Below, one piece after another: positions 39,327-49,793 of a DNA stretch of 64,000 nt. The stretch is from Desulfatiglandales bacterium. GTDB taxonomy: Bacteria > Desulfobacterota > DSM-4660 > Desulfatiglandales > Desulfatiglandaceae. Under the pieces are notes generated by a model. The model worked only from the letters and a program-made list of their open reading frames with translations. It was not told where the DNA came from and searched no databases. The position numbers and the translations under genes are program-made. Each line of letters opens with the position of its first letter. Positions within the stretch are counted from its first letter, which is position 1. The stretch spans positions 2,944,001-3,008,000 of the forward strand of contig OY762721.1 in assembly GCA_963666345.1 (NCBI GenBank), read 5' to 3'.

Positions 39327-41534
39327 TTAGTCTGAAACAACCTTACTTTTGAGTTTTATCAGACGCTTTTTTGAAGTCCTGTTATAGACTACTTCTACAC
39401 TGTTTTTTTCTAAGACATGGACTGCTCTTTTGAGTTCTTTGCCAATAGCAGCAGGACTGTTGGGAAATCCCTTTAAGTCTTTGTTTTGGTATGACAAATG
39501 CGCCTTCAAGTCGTTCAAAAGGTCGTCAGCAGTACCTTTCCACTGCTTTTTCTTATTCATAAAGGCAACAATGGTTAAAGCCAGGTAATCATTGTGAAGA
39601 CATATCCTGCTTTTTGTTTCAATGTTTTCCTGGTACTTCTTAAGGAACAGGTTGTTTTTCCAAGGCATTGCCGGTTCAGCTGCAACCACCCACTGAGTGA
39701 AATCAGCCATCCTTGGTTTGGTTTTTAAATTAACTTTGCTTAAGTTTTTCAAAGCTTCACTAACACCGTTAATTATACTTCCTAAGATATATGGTTTGTC
39801 ATTTTCAATTCTTGCCCATAACTCCCTTTCAGAAACCCTGTTTTTGTCTGAAATAGAGGGCAGTTCTATGACAATCGACCTGTCTGCTAGATCTGCTCGT
39901 ACAGCCAAATCGTCTATTCCGTTTAGAATTACAGGCCTTACTGCGTTAAAGATTTGCTCTTGAGTGTTGGTGTACTGCTTCCTTACTGACAATCCCCCAC
40001 CGGTTGAAAGTTGACAAAAGGCATCAGACAACCAGCCAGAGAACCTAGAGAGGTTATCGAATGCCAAAACCCAGCTGTTTCTTGCTGATATCATCAAATC
40101 TCTGGTGCTTTGAGGAGGTGTTCTAAGGGGGCCTTCACTCGGGTCGATTAGCTGCTTTAAGAGCTTGGAGGTGGTTGATTTGGCTGACCCCGGCCCACCT
40201 TGCAAGACCAGAATTGGGTAAGGCCCTGATGGATTCATGCTACCTAAAAGCCAGGCAACAATGAGGAGTTTGTCGGCTTTTAGAAAGCTTTTTAGCCTGA
40301 ACTTCCCATCTTTTTCTACTTTTGGGTAAGGCAAGGCCATCATCCCTGTCGGTCTGATAAAATGATAAGGTGGATCAGTTATGATGCACCAGGTTTCAGA
40401 AGTGATCTTTATCACTTCCCTGTTTTGATTTGCCAAGTCTAAATATACTGCCTTCTCTGAACCGGCAACCCTTATATGAACTTCCCTTAGTTCAGACTCA
40501 AATCGAGCCTTGGCATCAAGCAACCCTATAATTCTATCCAAATCAGCCTGAGAAATTACTTTCTTATGTTCGTTGTAATATTGCTTTTGAAGGAGGTTGC
40601 TAAATTCTTTGGATCTTATGGCTAAGGTCTCTTGGCGGTTTTCAACATCAATGACGGCATAACCTTCCCTTATGGCTGTGTGGAAGGTTTTGAGGTTGCT
40701 CAGGAGGTTAGTCCTAAAGTAGTCGAGGCTAGATTTTGATGAATCAGATTTTCCCGGCTCGTATTGCTTAATACTATCAACTATTGCCTCAACCTCTGAT
40801 TCATCTAGCCGGGGCTTACACCTCTTTTTGTTAATAAGTTTCAAGGTAGCTTTGAGCTTTTCCTCGCTGTAACCTTCTGCCCGAAGCTTTCCTGCTATGC
40901 TTGTCAGTTCCGTGTTACGGTGTCCTTTTCTAATCTTGTCATAGGCATATGGTAGGGCTTGGTCGATGGATTTTGCACTTTTTCTAGCTTCCTTTATAGC
41001 TGTCTTAAATCCGTCAGGGTCTGCAAGGTAAATTTCTCTTGCATCCTTGCATTTCTTTTTGAGCCTAATCACCTTAATACGGCTCTTTAAACTTGACTTT
41101 AAAAGCTGCCTGAGAAGGTCTCTACCTCCTTGATCGGGTTCCATCATGAAGTATATTTTCTTGATGTCTTTAAGGTGGTCAGCGTCCCGTTCTTCCTTCC
41201 AGAGATTTGCCCCAGGGACTCCTATTGCAGGAATCTTGTGGTACCAGAGGATGTGACAATCACTTTCCCCTTCTACAATAACAATGTAGCCTTTTTTCTC
41301 AGCTTCATTTAACCGCCAGAGGCCGTATAGTGTGGGGGTCAATCCTGTTTTCCATCTAAACCGGTTTGGGCCTTTGACTGAATTTCGATACCTGACATTG
41401 ATTTCATTATGATCTCTGTCAAAATATGGGATTTTAAGGGAAGTTTTACCCTTGTATTCATTGTCTTCCAAACCTAGTTTTTTCAAAAAGGAAACAGGTA
41501 CTTTTGTTATCTTTCCGTATTTTTTTAAATTCAT
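39327..41534 (-). CDS. Toprim primase-PriCT-helicase/ATPase fusion replication protein of an integrative element
   Basis: IVEGESDC and EPDQGG Toprim motifs, GHRNTELTSIAGKL PriCT-like, GGPGSAKST P-loop, FDNLS, DLADRS. Confidence 0.85.
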   Translation of the reverse strand: MNLKKYGKITKVPVSFLKKLGLEDNEYKGKTSLKIPYFDRDHNEINVRYRNSVKGPNRFRWKTGLTPTLYGLWRLNEAEKKGYIVIVEGESDCHILWYHKIPAIGVPGANLWKEERDADHLKDIKKIYFMMEPDQGGRDLLRQLLKSSLKSRIKVIRLKKKCKDAREIYLADPDGFKTAIKEARKSAKSIDQALPYAYDKIRKGHRNTELTSIAGKLRAEGYSEEKLKATLKLINKKRCKPRLDESEVEAIVDSIKQYEPGKSDSSKSSLDYFRTNLLSNLKTFHTAIREGYAVIDVENRQETLAIRSKEFSNLLQKQYYNEHKKVISQADLDRIIGLLDAKARFESELREVHIRVAGSEKAVYLDLANQNREVIKITSETWCIITDPPYHFIRPTGMMALPYPKVEKDGKFRLKSFLKADKLLIVAWLLGSMNPSGPYPILVLQGGPGSAKSTTSKLLKQLIDPSEGPLRTPPQSTRDLMISARNSWVLAFDNLSRFSGWLSDAFCQLSTGGGLSVRKQYTNTQEQIFNAVRPVILNGIDDLAVRADLADRSIVIELPSISDKNRVSERELWARIENDKPYILGSIINGVSEALKNLSKVNLKTKPRMADFTQWVVAAEPAMPWKNNLFLKKYQENIETKSRICLHNDYLALTIVAFMNKKKQWKGTADDLLNDLKAHLSYQNKDLKGFPNSPAAIGKELKRAVHVLEKNSVEVVYNRTSKKRLIKLKSKVVSD

Positions 41535-41736
41535 AATTAACTCCTTAATTGGTTGGGTTTGTAATGTGTTTTTTGCGATATCTGATATCCCTGTACAAAA
41601 CCTTTAAATGCCATCGGTTTATCTTTGGTTGTTAACTTTTCTTTCCCGCAATAAGAAAAGGGCCAGCCCTTTAAGAGACTGACCCTCCAATGAAAAACGA
41701 CACGTGTCGCGTGTTAAGTTGTTTACAAAATTACCA

Positions 41737-42378
41737 TTAGCCGGAAGCTTGAATCATCTCTTCGAGTTTATCTAGCATACGGTTAAGTTTCTCCTTTATC
41801 CCTTCCAGGGTCGATGTAGTCAGTTGGTTACTACAATTGCTATCATTTTCAATGTCATCGAATCTTTGCTTTAAGCTATTCACAGCGTTTTCTAAAAGCG
41901 TACTAGGATCTTTTTTCCTGCCTTCCTGCTTTTTCTTCTGAAGAGACTCGATAAGGCTTGTAATCTTATCCTTGAGGATAGGGATCTTATCCTGATCCTT
42001 ATCTGTTAAGTTGCAATCAATTTTCCGTTGTTGAAGCACATCAACTAAAGGCTTATCTCCGAGTAGGGATACCAACTGCAATAGTTTGCGCTGGCTGATA
42101 AAGGCAAGACCCGGAGCGCTCTCGATATCTACCTTTTCTGCAAGTATCATAGCCCTCTGCGCCCTCCTTATGCTCAAAGATGATATTTCTTTTTTCAAAT
42201 ATTTTTGCCATTGCTTATTATCCTTCTTCTTGACTACTTCTTTTAAGCGAATCAGTTGTTTTCCTAACTTGATAAATCTCTTAACTGTATTGCCTTCAGA
42301 CTTATGCAGTTTTTGATTTGCCTTTGCCACTTTAGCTAGTTCTTGATCCTTTGTGGAATTTTTTATATCCGTCAACAT
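41737..42378 (-). CDS. DUF3102-like mobile-element protein
   Basis: IKLGKQLIRLKE..WQKYLKKE..S.RRAQRAM pattern; AAGGAG RBS. Confidence 0.55.
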   Translation of the reverse strand: MLTDIKNSTKDQELAKVAKANQKLHKSEGNTVKRFIKLGKQLIRLKEVVKKKDNKQWQKYLKKEISSLSIRRAQRAMILAEKVDIESAPGLAFISQRKLLQLVSLLGDKPLVDVLQQRKIDCNLTDKDQDKIPILKDKITSLIESLQKKKQEGRKKDPSTLLENAVNSLKQRFDDIENDSNCSNQLTTSTLEGIKEKLNRMLDKLEEMIQASG

Positions 42379-42537
42379 AGTTAAATTCTCCTTTTATTTT
42401 TTAAGTTAACGTTCATATTTGATACCCTTGACGATGCTTTGGTTTCAGACCATGGTGACCACCTCCTTTCCGCGTTTATAGGTGAAATAAAAAAGGCCGC
42501 TTGCTCTTATGCGAGCAGCGACCATGGTGGCGAAAAT

Positions 42538-42569
42538 AAAAAGGGACCTTATTAGCGGGTCCCTTTTTT
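42538..42569. terminator. Bidirectional intrinsic terminator-like hairpin
   Basis: AAAAAGGGACC-loop-GGTCCCTTTTT. Confidence 0.6.
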
Positions 42570-42761
42570 ATCCATTTTTAATTCTACGCTGTTAATGCGA
42601 GTAGTCAGGTAATGTTTGTCAAAATCTTGACAATGACATATAACTTATTGATTTTACATACCAGCCTGCTGGTTCAAATCCAGTGTTCCTATGTGCAGAT
42701 AATGTGCAGCCCTAAAACACTTTGAGTAACTATTTGATTTGGTTAAGATATGGTGGCAAAA

Positions 42762-42789
42762 GCGGGTTCAAGTCCCGCCTTCGGCACCA
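42762..42789 (+). mobile_element. att core: duplicated 3' end of a tRNA (probably Leu)
   Basis: GCGGGTTCAAGTCCCGCCTTCGGCACCA = T-arm + acceptor 3' strand + CCA with no 5' half. Confidence 0.85.
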
Positions 42790-42800
42790 TTAACATATGT

Positions 42801-42827
42801 AACCCACTGGAAACGGTGGGTTTTTTT
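42801..42827 (+). terminator. Intrinsic terminator following the tRNA fragment
   Basis: AACCCACTG-GAAA-CGGTGGGTT followed by T-run. Confidence 0.8.
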
Positions 42828-43105
42828 ATGCCCATCCAATCGAATCCTTTCCCTAAACCCCAAGGCTTATCTGGTAGTGTGAAGCATCTTTCGCTCATTT
42901 TTTTTAAGGTCTGTAATCGGTATGGGCCTAACCATAAGACTCGATTCTCAGCCTGATGCCTTGACATCAGAAATGGTGAAGATCTAAAATATTTATAGAT
43001 AAAATATGAAGATTGTGGCGAGGGAACCGGCCCGATGACCGTCAAGCCGGCCTCTCCCTTTTGAGAGATCTTTTTGTTGATAGACAAGATGTCGGGAGGT
43101 ATCAG

Positions 43106-43495
43106 ATGTACCCAAAGCTGAGACTTGTCTATAAGGAGTCAAAAGGCATTGAATGCTGCCTGGAGGCTGTTGTTGTCAAGACTGAATCTTTAAAAATCAA
43201 ATATCCTGGAGGGTTGAGGCATTTTACCGAAAAGTGCATAGCTCAATGTAATCGGGATATAGCTGTAATATGCGCGATTGACGATGATGAAATTGTGGTA
43301 TGTATTGAAGAGCTGCTGGAACATGGTCTTTTACCCAAAAAGGACTTTATTCGTCTGGATGCTTTTTCCGAGGTGTTACTTTCTGAAAGGAAAAAGGGTC
43401 AACAGGCAGTTGGCATCTGTGGGCCTGAGTTGGGAGTTGATTGGTTAAAAGGATCAATCCACGGGCATTCGGTTCTGCTTGAATATCAGAGGTAA
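43106..43495 (+). CDS. Hypothetical protein
   Basis: GGAGGT RBS, 129-aa ORF. Confidence 0.55.
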   Translation: MYPKLRLVYKESKGIECCLEAVVVKTESLKIKYPGGLRHFTEKCIAQCNRDIAVICAIDDDEIVVCIEELLEHGLLPKKDFIRLDAFSEVLLSERKKGQQAVGICGPELGVDWLKGSIHGHSVLLEYQR

Positions 43496-43743
43496 TACAG
43501 GCCGGCAGCTTTTTAAAACCTTCCGGTTTCCGCATAATCCCCAAAAAAGAGTTCGCAAATAAATCATTAAGACACACGGTATGACCCCTGTGAGCATGCG
43601 GCCCAACAGGGCAGCCATGAGGCCAAAATGACAAACGGCCGGCCGAGTTCTGTCTCCTTTTTATGCCGGATATCTTCACGCATCCGGAACTTGTCTCCTA
43701 CGTTTGGCTGTAAATCGCATTTCCCAATATATTCAATCGCCGA

Positions 43744-46700
43744 TCAACAGCCATCCATCTTCCGGTCCAGCACATTACGAACTATATCAGCCAGATCCTT
43801 GAAAACCAAAGGTTTCATGGCAAAGGCCTTTATCCCCTTTTCCTTTGCCTTTTGTTCATCCATGCGCTCACTATAACCTGTACAAATAATGACGGGTAAA
43901 TCAGGACGAATCCTCATAAGTTCTTCCGCCAGCCTGTCACCGGTCATTCGCGGCATGGTCATATCCGTGATGACAAGGTCAAATTTGTCAGGTTCTGATT
44001 TAAACAGTTCCAGGGCTTTTTCACTGTCTGTTTTACCCACAGTCTGATAGCCCAGATGTTCCAGCATCTGTTTCGTAATTTCCAAAAGGTATTCGTCATC
44101 ATCAACAAAAAGGATCCTCTCGGTTCCTGTCGGTAAATCTTCCGGTTTTTCCTCTATTTCCGGTTTCATCGACCCTTCAAATAGGGGGAACAGCACCTCA
44201 AAAACCGTGCCTTTCCCCTCCTCGCTTTCCACCTTTACGGCCCCTTTGTGTTTCTTTATGATTCCGTGCACAACCGCAAGACCCATGCCGGTTCCCTCGG
44301 CCAGGCTTGTCACGGTAAAAAAAGGGTCAAAGATGCGATCAATTATCTTCGGATCAATCCCGTGCCCTGTATCCCGTACGGTCAGTTTGACGTAATTTCC
44401 CGGGACCAGATCCTCATACCTGGCTGCTGACTTTTCATCAAGACTCGTATCTTCTAACTTCACCTCCAGCACTCCCCCATCCGCCCGCATGGCATCTTTT
44501 GCGTTGGTGCACAGATTCATGAGAACCTGATTGATCTGGGTGGGGTCTGCCACTACAGCGTCCGATTCGCATGCAAGAACCTGGCGAATCTCTATGTTCG
44601 CGGGAATGGACGCGCGTATTAATTTCAGCGTTTCACTGATGATTGGGCTTATCCGTACCGGCATCAATTGAAACACGGATTTACGGGCAAACCCCAGAAT
44701 CTGCCGCACCACGTCTTTGGCGCGTAATGATGCCGAACGGACTTGTTCCAGGCACTCTTTTGCCGGGTTCCATTCGGGCACATCCGCCATTGCCAGTTCC
44801 GCATTGCCGAGGATAACACTAAGGAAGTTATTAAACTCATGGGCAATACCGCCTGCCAAACTCCCTATGGCCTCCATCTTGTGAGCATGCTGCAGTTGTT
44901 GATATAGTTCTTTTCTTTCCGTTATGTCGATGGATGTAATAATGGCTCCACCTGAAAAAGGGGATATCCTTATGTGAAGAAATCGCTTATCGTATTTTAC
45001 CTCCGGGAACTCCTTTTGCTTACCTGAATGAATGCATTTCATCAATTCCTCAAACATATCGAGATCATGTCTCCCGGCATAATCTTTGTACATAACGTCC
45101 CCGATCTTGGGTGATCTCCCCTCGGATTTCTGTTTTGCAAAATTGTGCATCATTATTTTTGCGTCATTATCCACGACAATAGTTTCAACAGGGTTATTCT
45201 CAAACAGGGTACGATATCGTTCTTCACTCTCTTTTACCTTTTCATGAGCACGCTTGAGTGCGGATATATCGGTTACAGTTAAGATATGTCCTCCGGCCGG
45301 GTTTGATGGGTCCAGAAAGCAAACCCGCATTATGCAGTCAAAAACCGTACCATCCTTTCGAATCCATCGTGATTCCGCGTGACCGGTTCCTGATTCCTCG
45401 AGGCCGGAGTATAGCTCACGGCCCGCCCGCTCATACTCATCATCATCCGGGTAGAGGTCACCGGTGTTTTGCCCTACCAGCGAACCCTGTTCATAGCCCA
45501 GCATGCGGTACATGGTGTCGTTGGCCCAGCCCAATTCGCGGTTGATGACCAGACCGATCCCCACGGGAGAAACACGCAGGATTGCCTTTATTCTCTTCTC
45601 GCTTTCCATCAATGCATTTTCCGCATTCCGGCGGTCTGAAACTTCCTGTTTGAGTTCTTGAAGCGTACTTTTCAGGTGTTCGTTTTTGATCTCTATTTCC
45701 AGGGTTCGATCCTTCACCTCCTGCTCAAGGTTTTCGGCATATGCCTTTTCCCGGTCCCTGGCATCGCGCAGGTTATCAACCATACTATTAAATGATTGGG
45801 CAAGTGAGCCTAAGGGCCTGATGAAGTTCTTTATAGAGAGTATTGCTATAGTATTTCATCTTTTGTATGTATATCAACGTGGGTTGTAAGATTTCCTTCT
45901 TTAACATGCAAAGCCCCCTTGGAAAGCTTGCCTAAGGGCCTGATGAAGTTCTTTATAGAGAGTATTGCTATAGCAATAATCGAGATTATCAAGAATAGAA
46001 TAGTTGCCAAGGTGAATTTCGTAGCCATTGACTTAACTGTTGAATCCAGCACGTTGCGGGTTTCCTGGATAGAGCCAAGAATAACGGCCTCAGGTACTAC
46101 AGTACCTAAACGCCATCCGGTTGAAGGCAAGAAATGAGAAGAAATCATATAGGGATACCCATTCAAAACAAACCGGGAAACCTCGTATTTATTCTCAACC
46201 ATACTTTCGCCTATCTTTCTGATTTCCACATTAGAGGAGTCCAACAAACTATGTTTCAGGATAACCGTGGCATCCACCAGTTTGTCCCGGTCTATCTTGA
46301 TTTCAAACATATCCAAATATTCCGGAGGGAAGGCAATAAGCCTTCCCTGATTATCAACAAGAAAGGAAAACAGGCCGTTCATCCTGTGAGGGGAGGGTAT
46401 GTTTTCAAAAATGTCGGTCACAATGGTATCCAGGGTAATATCAACCCCGGCTCCGCCGAGGTATTGTCCGCTCTTGCTGTAAACAGGGGTGCTCGCAGTG
46501 ATCAACAATCCCTGGTCGACACTGTCTAAGTAGATATTCGACCATACGGTCTTGCGTTCAAGGTTGTTTTCCGGCTTTGTAATCACATACCAGTTCGCAT
46601 TTCTTATATCAAATTTTGTTGTCGGAGGAAGTTTATCCACACCATGAATATTGGGATAGTAACGGGCGATTCCGGGCTCGGTGACAACATAACAGGCAAT

Positions 46701-47192
46701 ACTTTCGGGGTTTTCCTCTTTAATGGTTTCGAGAAAGGGATCAAGGTGGGAAAGAGTATTGATCTGTTCAATGATTCCCTCTGACATGTAAGGAGCGCCC
46801 CAGTATAATACCATTGTTCTTTCTGAACGATCATTTGAAAAGATTCCATTATGCGGGTAGACGACGATTTTCTCGTTTGGTTTGAGAGGCGTTTTTCCGT
46901 ATAAGGTCATATTTTCCAGGAGAACAGCAGACTGTTTGGCTATCATGGCTGAAGAAGCGGCGAACTTTTTGAAAGTGTTTTCATATCGCATAGCCTGTTC
47001 ATGAGCGATACGGGCCAGAAAAGCGTTTGCATTATCCCTGATGTTTGTTTCATTCCTGGAGGCGGATAATTCTCCGAATTCCGTAATCAGTTGTTTAGCG
47101 ATATAAGCAAGAGAAACCATTGACAACACCAGCACAAGTGAAAACGTTATCAACAATTTAACCCCTATTTTCGAATACAGCCATTTATACAT
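43744..47192 (-). pseudogene. Cache-HAMP-PAS-HK-REC hybrid kinase split by a short templated insertion
   Basis: Upstream ORF TM-dCache-TM-HAMP ends KDEIL*; downstream continues GSLAQSFNSMVD; 44-bp duplicate 45808-45851 = 45930-45973. Confidence 0.88.
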
Positions 47193-47560
47193 GTCAATTC
47201 CCTGAACAAATCAGCGATCAGTACCATGACGACCGCTTCACCATTGAACGTTTTTCCCTGAATCGGGATTTTAATTTAACTTTGTTGCTGCAAAACGGTC
47301 TTGACGACCTGATCCGATAATATCTTTTCTCCGGCCTTGATAAATTTTTGCCTGGAGTCCGTCATCTCTTTTCCGGACACCCCGAGTTTTCCCCTATGAT
47401 TTGCAAAGGGGTAGCGCCGAAATCCGAAATTTAAGCGGTTATCACAGCGGATTGGGGTTACATCGGATAATGATGAAGCCCGAAACAGGGACGTAACCAT
47501 ATCCTTTATCCGAACGGCCGGCACAATACCTATGAGCGGCCGATGGATACGCCTTTGATT

Positions 47561-48607
47561 TTACTGTTCCGGTATCTTGTAACCTTTATGATGAAAAAGT
47601 TTCATGCAGCTCTCGACCACTTCCGGGTCATAGAAGCTGCCCTTATTTTTTGAGATCTCTTCAAGCGCGACTTGAATTCCCAGCGCCGGCCGGTAAGGCC
47701 GGTGAGAAGCCATGGCCTCTACCACGTCCGCGACAGCTATGATCCTTGATTCCATCAGGATATCATCTCCTGATAAACCATTAGGATAGCCTGAACCATC
47801 CATTTTCTCATGATGTTGAAGAACAATCTGAGCGATCGGCCAGGGGAATGTCATATCTTTCAATATTTCATGTCCTGCCATGGGATGGGTCTTGATCAGA
47901 CTAAATTCAAGATCCGTCAGCCGAGTGGGTTTGGTTAGAATCTCAGAGGGAATAGATATCTTGCCCAGATCATGGATCATCCCTGCCATATGGATGCCCT
48001 CAACAATTTCATTTGCAAGGGACATCTCTATGGCTATGGCCCTGGCAAGTGCGGCCACACGCATCTGGTGTCCTGCCGTATAAGGGTCTCTGGTTTCAGC
48101 AGTCATTGCCAGGGCGCGTACAATCTCGTCCATTGCAGACTTGAACGCTTTAGTACGTTCCAGGACCTTACTTTCAAGTTCTTCACGGCGAGTCCGATTC
48201 TCGACTTCCAATTTTCTTCGACGCAGTGCGTTCGAAATGTTGATTAGCAGCTCAGCAGGTTTAAATGGTTTTATGATATAACCGTAGGCTCCCACTTCCA
48301 TGGCGATTTCCGCAAGCTCCGGATCATCCATGCCCGTGACCATGATGACGGCTGTTTCGGGAAATTCCGCAAGGACGTAACTGATAAAGTCCATGCCTGA
48401 TTCTTCCGGCATCATCATGTCGCAGAGGAGCAGATCAAAAGCAGCGCCCGCGAGAATGCCTCTTGCCTCTGCCGCACTGGCGGCCGAGGTGCATGTGTAA
48501 CCATTTGCGGATAACAGGCGGTCGATCATGCGCAGGATCGATTCGTCGTCATCCACGATCAGTATCTTTGTGCCGGTCTCATCTGTCTTTTTCATCTTTA
48601 TTTGCAT
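47561..48607 (-). CDS. REC + HD-GYP phosphodiesterase
   Basis: RDPYTAGH, IHDLGKI, HHEKMDGSGYP. Confidence 0.93.
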   Translation of the reverse strand: MQIKMKKTDETGTKILIVDDDESILRMIDRLLSANGYTCTSAASAAEARGILAGAAFDLLLCDMMMPEESGMDFISYVLAEFPETAVIMVTGMDDPELAEIAMEVGAYGYIIKPFKPAELLINISNALRRRKLEVENRTRREELESKVLERTKAFKSAMDEIVRALAMTAETRDPYTAGHQMRVAALARAIAIEMSLANEIVEGIHMAGMIHDLGKISIPSEILTKPTRLTDLEFSLIKTHPMAGHEILKDMTFPWPIAQIVLQHHEKMDGSGYPNGLSGDDILMESRIIAVADVVEAMASHRPYRPALGIQVALEEISKNKGSFYDPEVVESCMKLFHHKGYKIPEQ

Positions 48608-48857
48608 CTCTTTTCAATCGGAGTCTCCATTATTCCAAATATTTTTCAAAACAGGCTGTATATCTAAAGTCTTTTTTTAATTAACCTAAATTAACAATCA
48701 TATGATAAAATATTATTTATAAATATTATTTAAATGTTATGGTTTAATTAAATGCAAAAAAATATCTTAAAATCTTTAATATACAGTTAAGCAATAAATT
48801 TACAGACTGGCAGTGATTTATTCTGCTAAAAAGGGGGTATGTTTTACCGCCCGGCCC

Positions 48858-49508
48858 CTAAAGTCCGGGGTAAATCCTCTCTTGGCACTCCGGGCATATA
48901 CTATGGGTGAACTCGGCCTCTAAATGGTCTCGAATATATGCCTCTATTCGATTCCAGTATCCACTGTCATCCCGGATTTTCTTGCAGGACGAGCAGAAGG
49001 GAAGAAGACCGCTCAATATTTTTACCTTTGAGATTGCCTGCTGAAGCTTTTCTTTCTCTTCTTTTATATGATCCACAAGATCCAGGATAATAAAGGTCAC
49101 GATAAGTGATGCCAAAAGGGCTGCCAGGGCACCTGAAACGGCATGGCCGTTCTCCCACACCCATTTTTTTACACCCCCGGCGGTAATTATCCGGTAGATT
49201 ATTTCAAAATGGTCCCCCTCCGCAACCTTTGCCTGTATTCTGCTCCATACACGGTCCCTGTCATCAGGATGAATCATGTCTCCAAAAGAAAGGCGCCTGT
49301 TTTTTATAAGATCCTTTGGCCTGTACCCGCTCAGGGCGTAGATATTGTCACTGATGAATTCCATGGACCATGAGGCGTCATTGAGGCATCTGTAGACGAC
49401 TCCGGGCAGGTCGCTGATCAGCCTGACAATACTCTGACCCGCTCCATTTGATGATACAACTTGTGCCGCATCTTTGACTCCCGGTTCCCTGTTTTGCGTT
49501 AAGACCAA
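48858..49508 (-). CDS. PAS + TM + Cys-rich C-terminal domain protein (possibly an internal-deletion fusion)
   Basis: LPGVVYRC..IHPDDR..WVWENG then hydrophobic helix and LPFCSSCKKIRD..HSICPEC. Confidence 0.65.
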   Translation of the reverse strand: MVLTQNREPGVKDAAQVVSSNGAGQSIVRLISDLPGVVYRCLNDASWSMEFISDNIYALSGYRPKDLIKNRRLSFGDMIHPDDRDRVWSRIQAKVAEGDHFEIIYRIITAGGVKKWVWENGHAVSGALAALLASLIVTFIILDLVDHIKEEKEKLQQAISKVKILSGLLPFCSSCKKIRDDSGYWNRIEAYIRDHLEAEFTHSICPECQERIYPGL

Positions 49509-49793
49509 TCAGTAATTGCCATGCCGATTAAACCGGTTCATGAAGTAGTGTGAGCCTTTTGAGGAAAGGTCGAACAGTAGAGGACAGATAATCCTTTGAT
49601 TACCCATTAGGCCCTATTATTTGAAAGGTGATATTATATCATATCAGGCCCAAGTTCAGATACAGCAGTTCCTTATGTTGAAATGGCTTAAGGATAATCC
49701 ATAACTCATTAAAAAACAACGATATTTTAATGGCATGGAAAAAATCGTGCTGATTTTTATCAGTTTAAGTTGCAAGGAGGGGAGGGTGTTGAT

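Noticed and set aside
39327..42378. Prophage
   Set aside because: No structural, terminase or lysis genes
42406..42467. Small minus-strand ORF after an AGGAGGTG RBS
   Set aside because: Stop at the third codon; at most a decayed gene
42715..42789. Complete tRNA gene
   Set aside because: No D-arm, anticodon arm or 5' acceptor strand upstream of the T-arm
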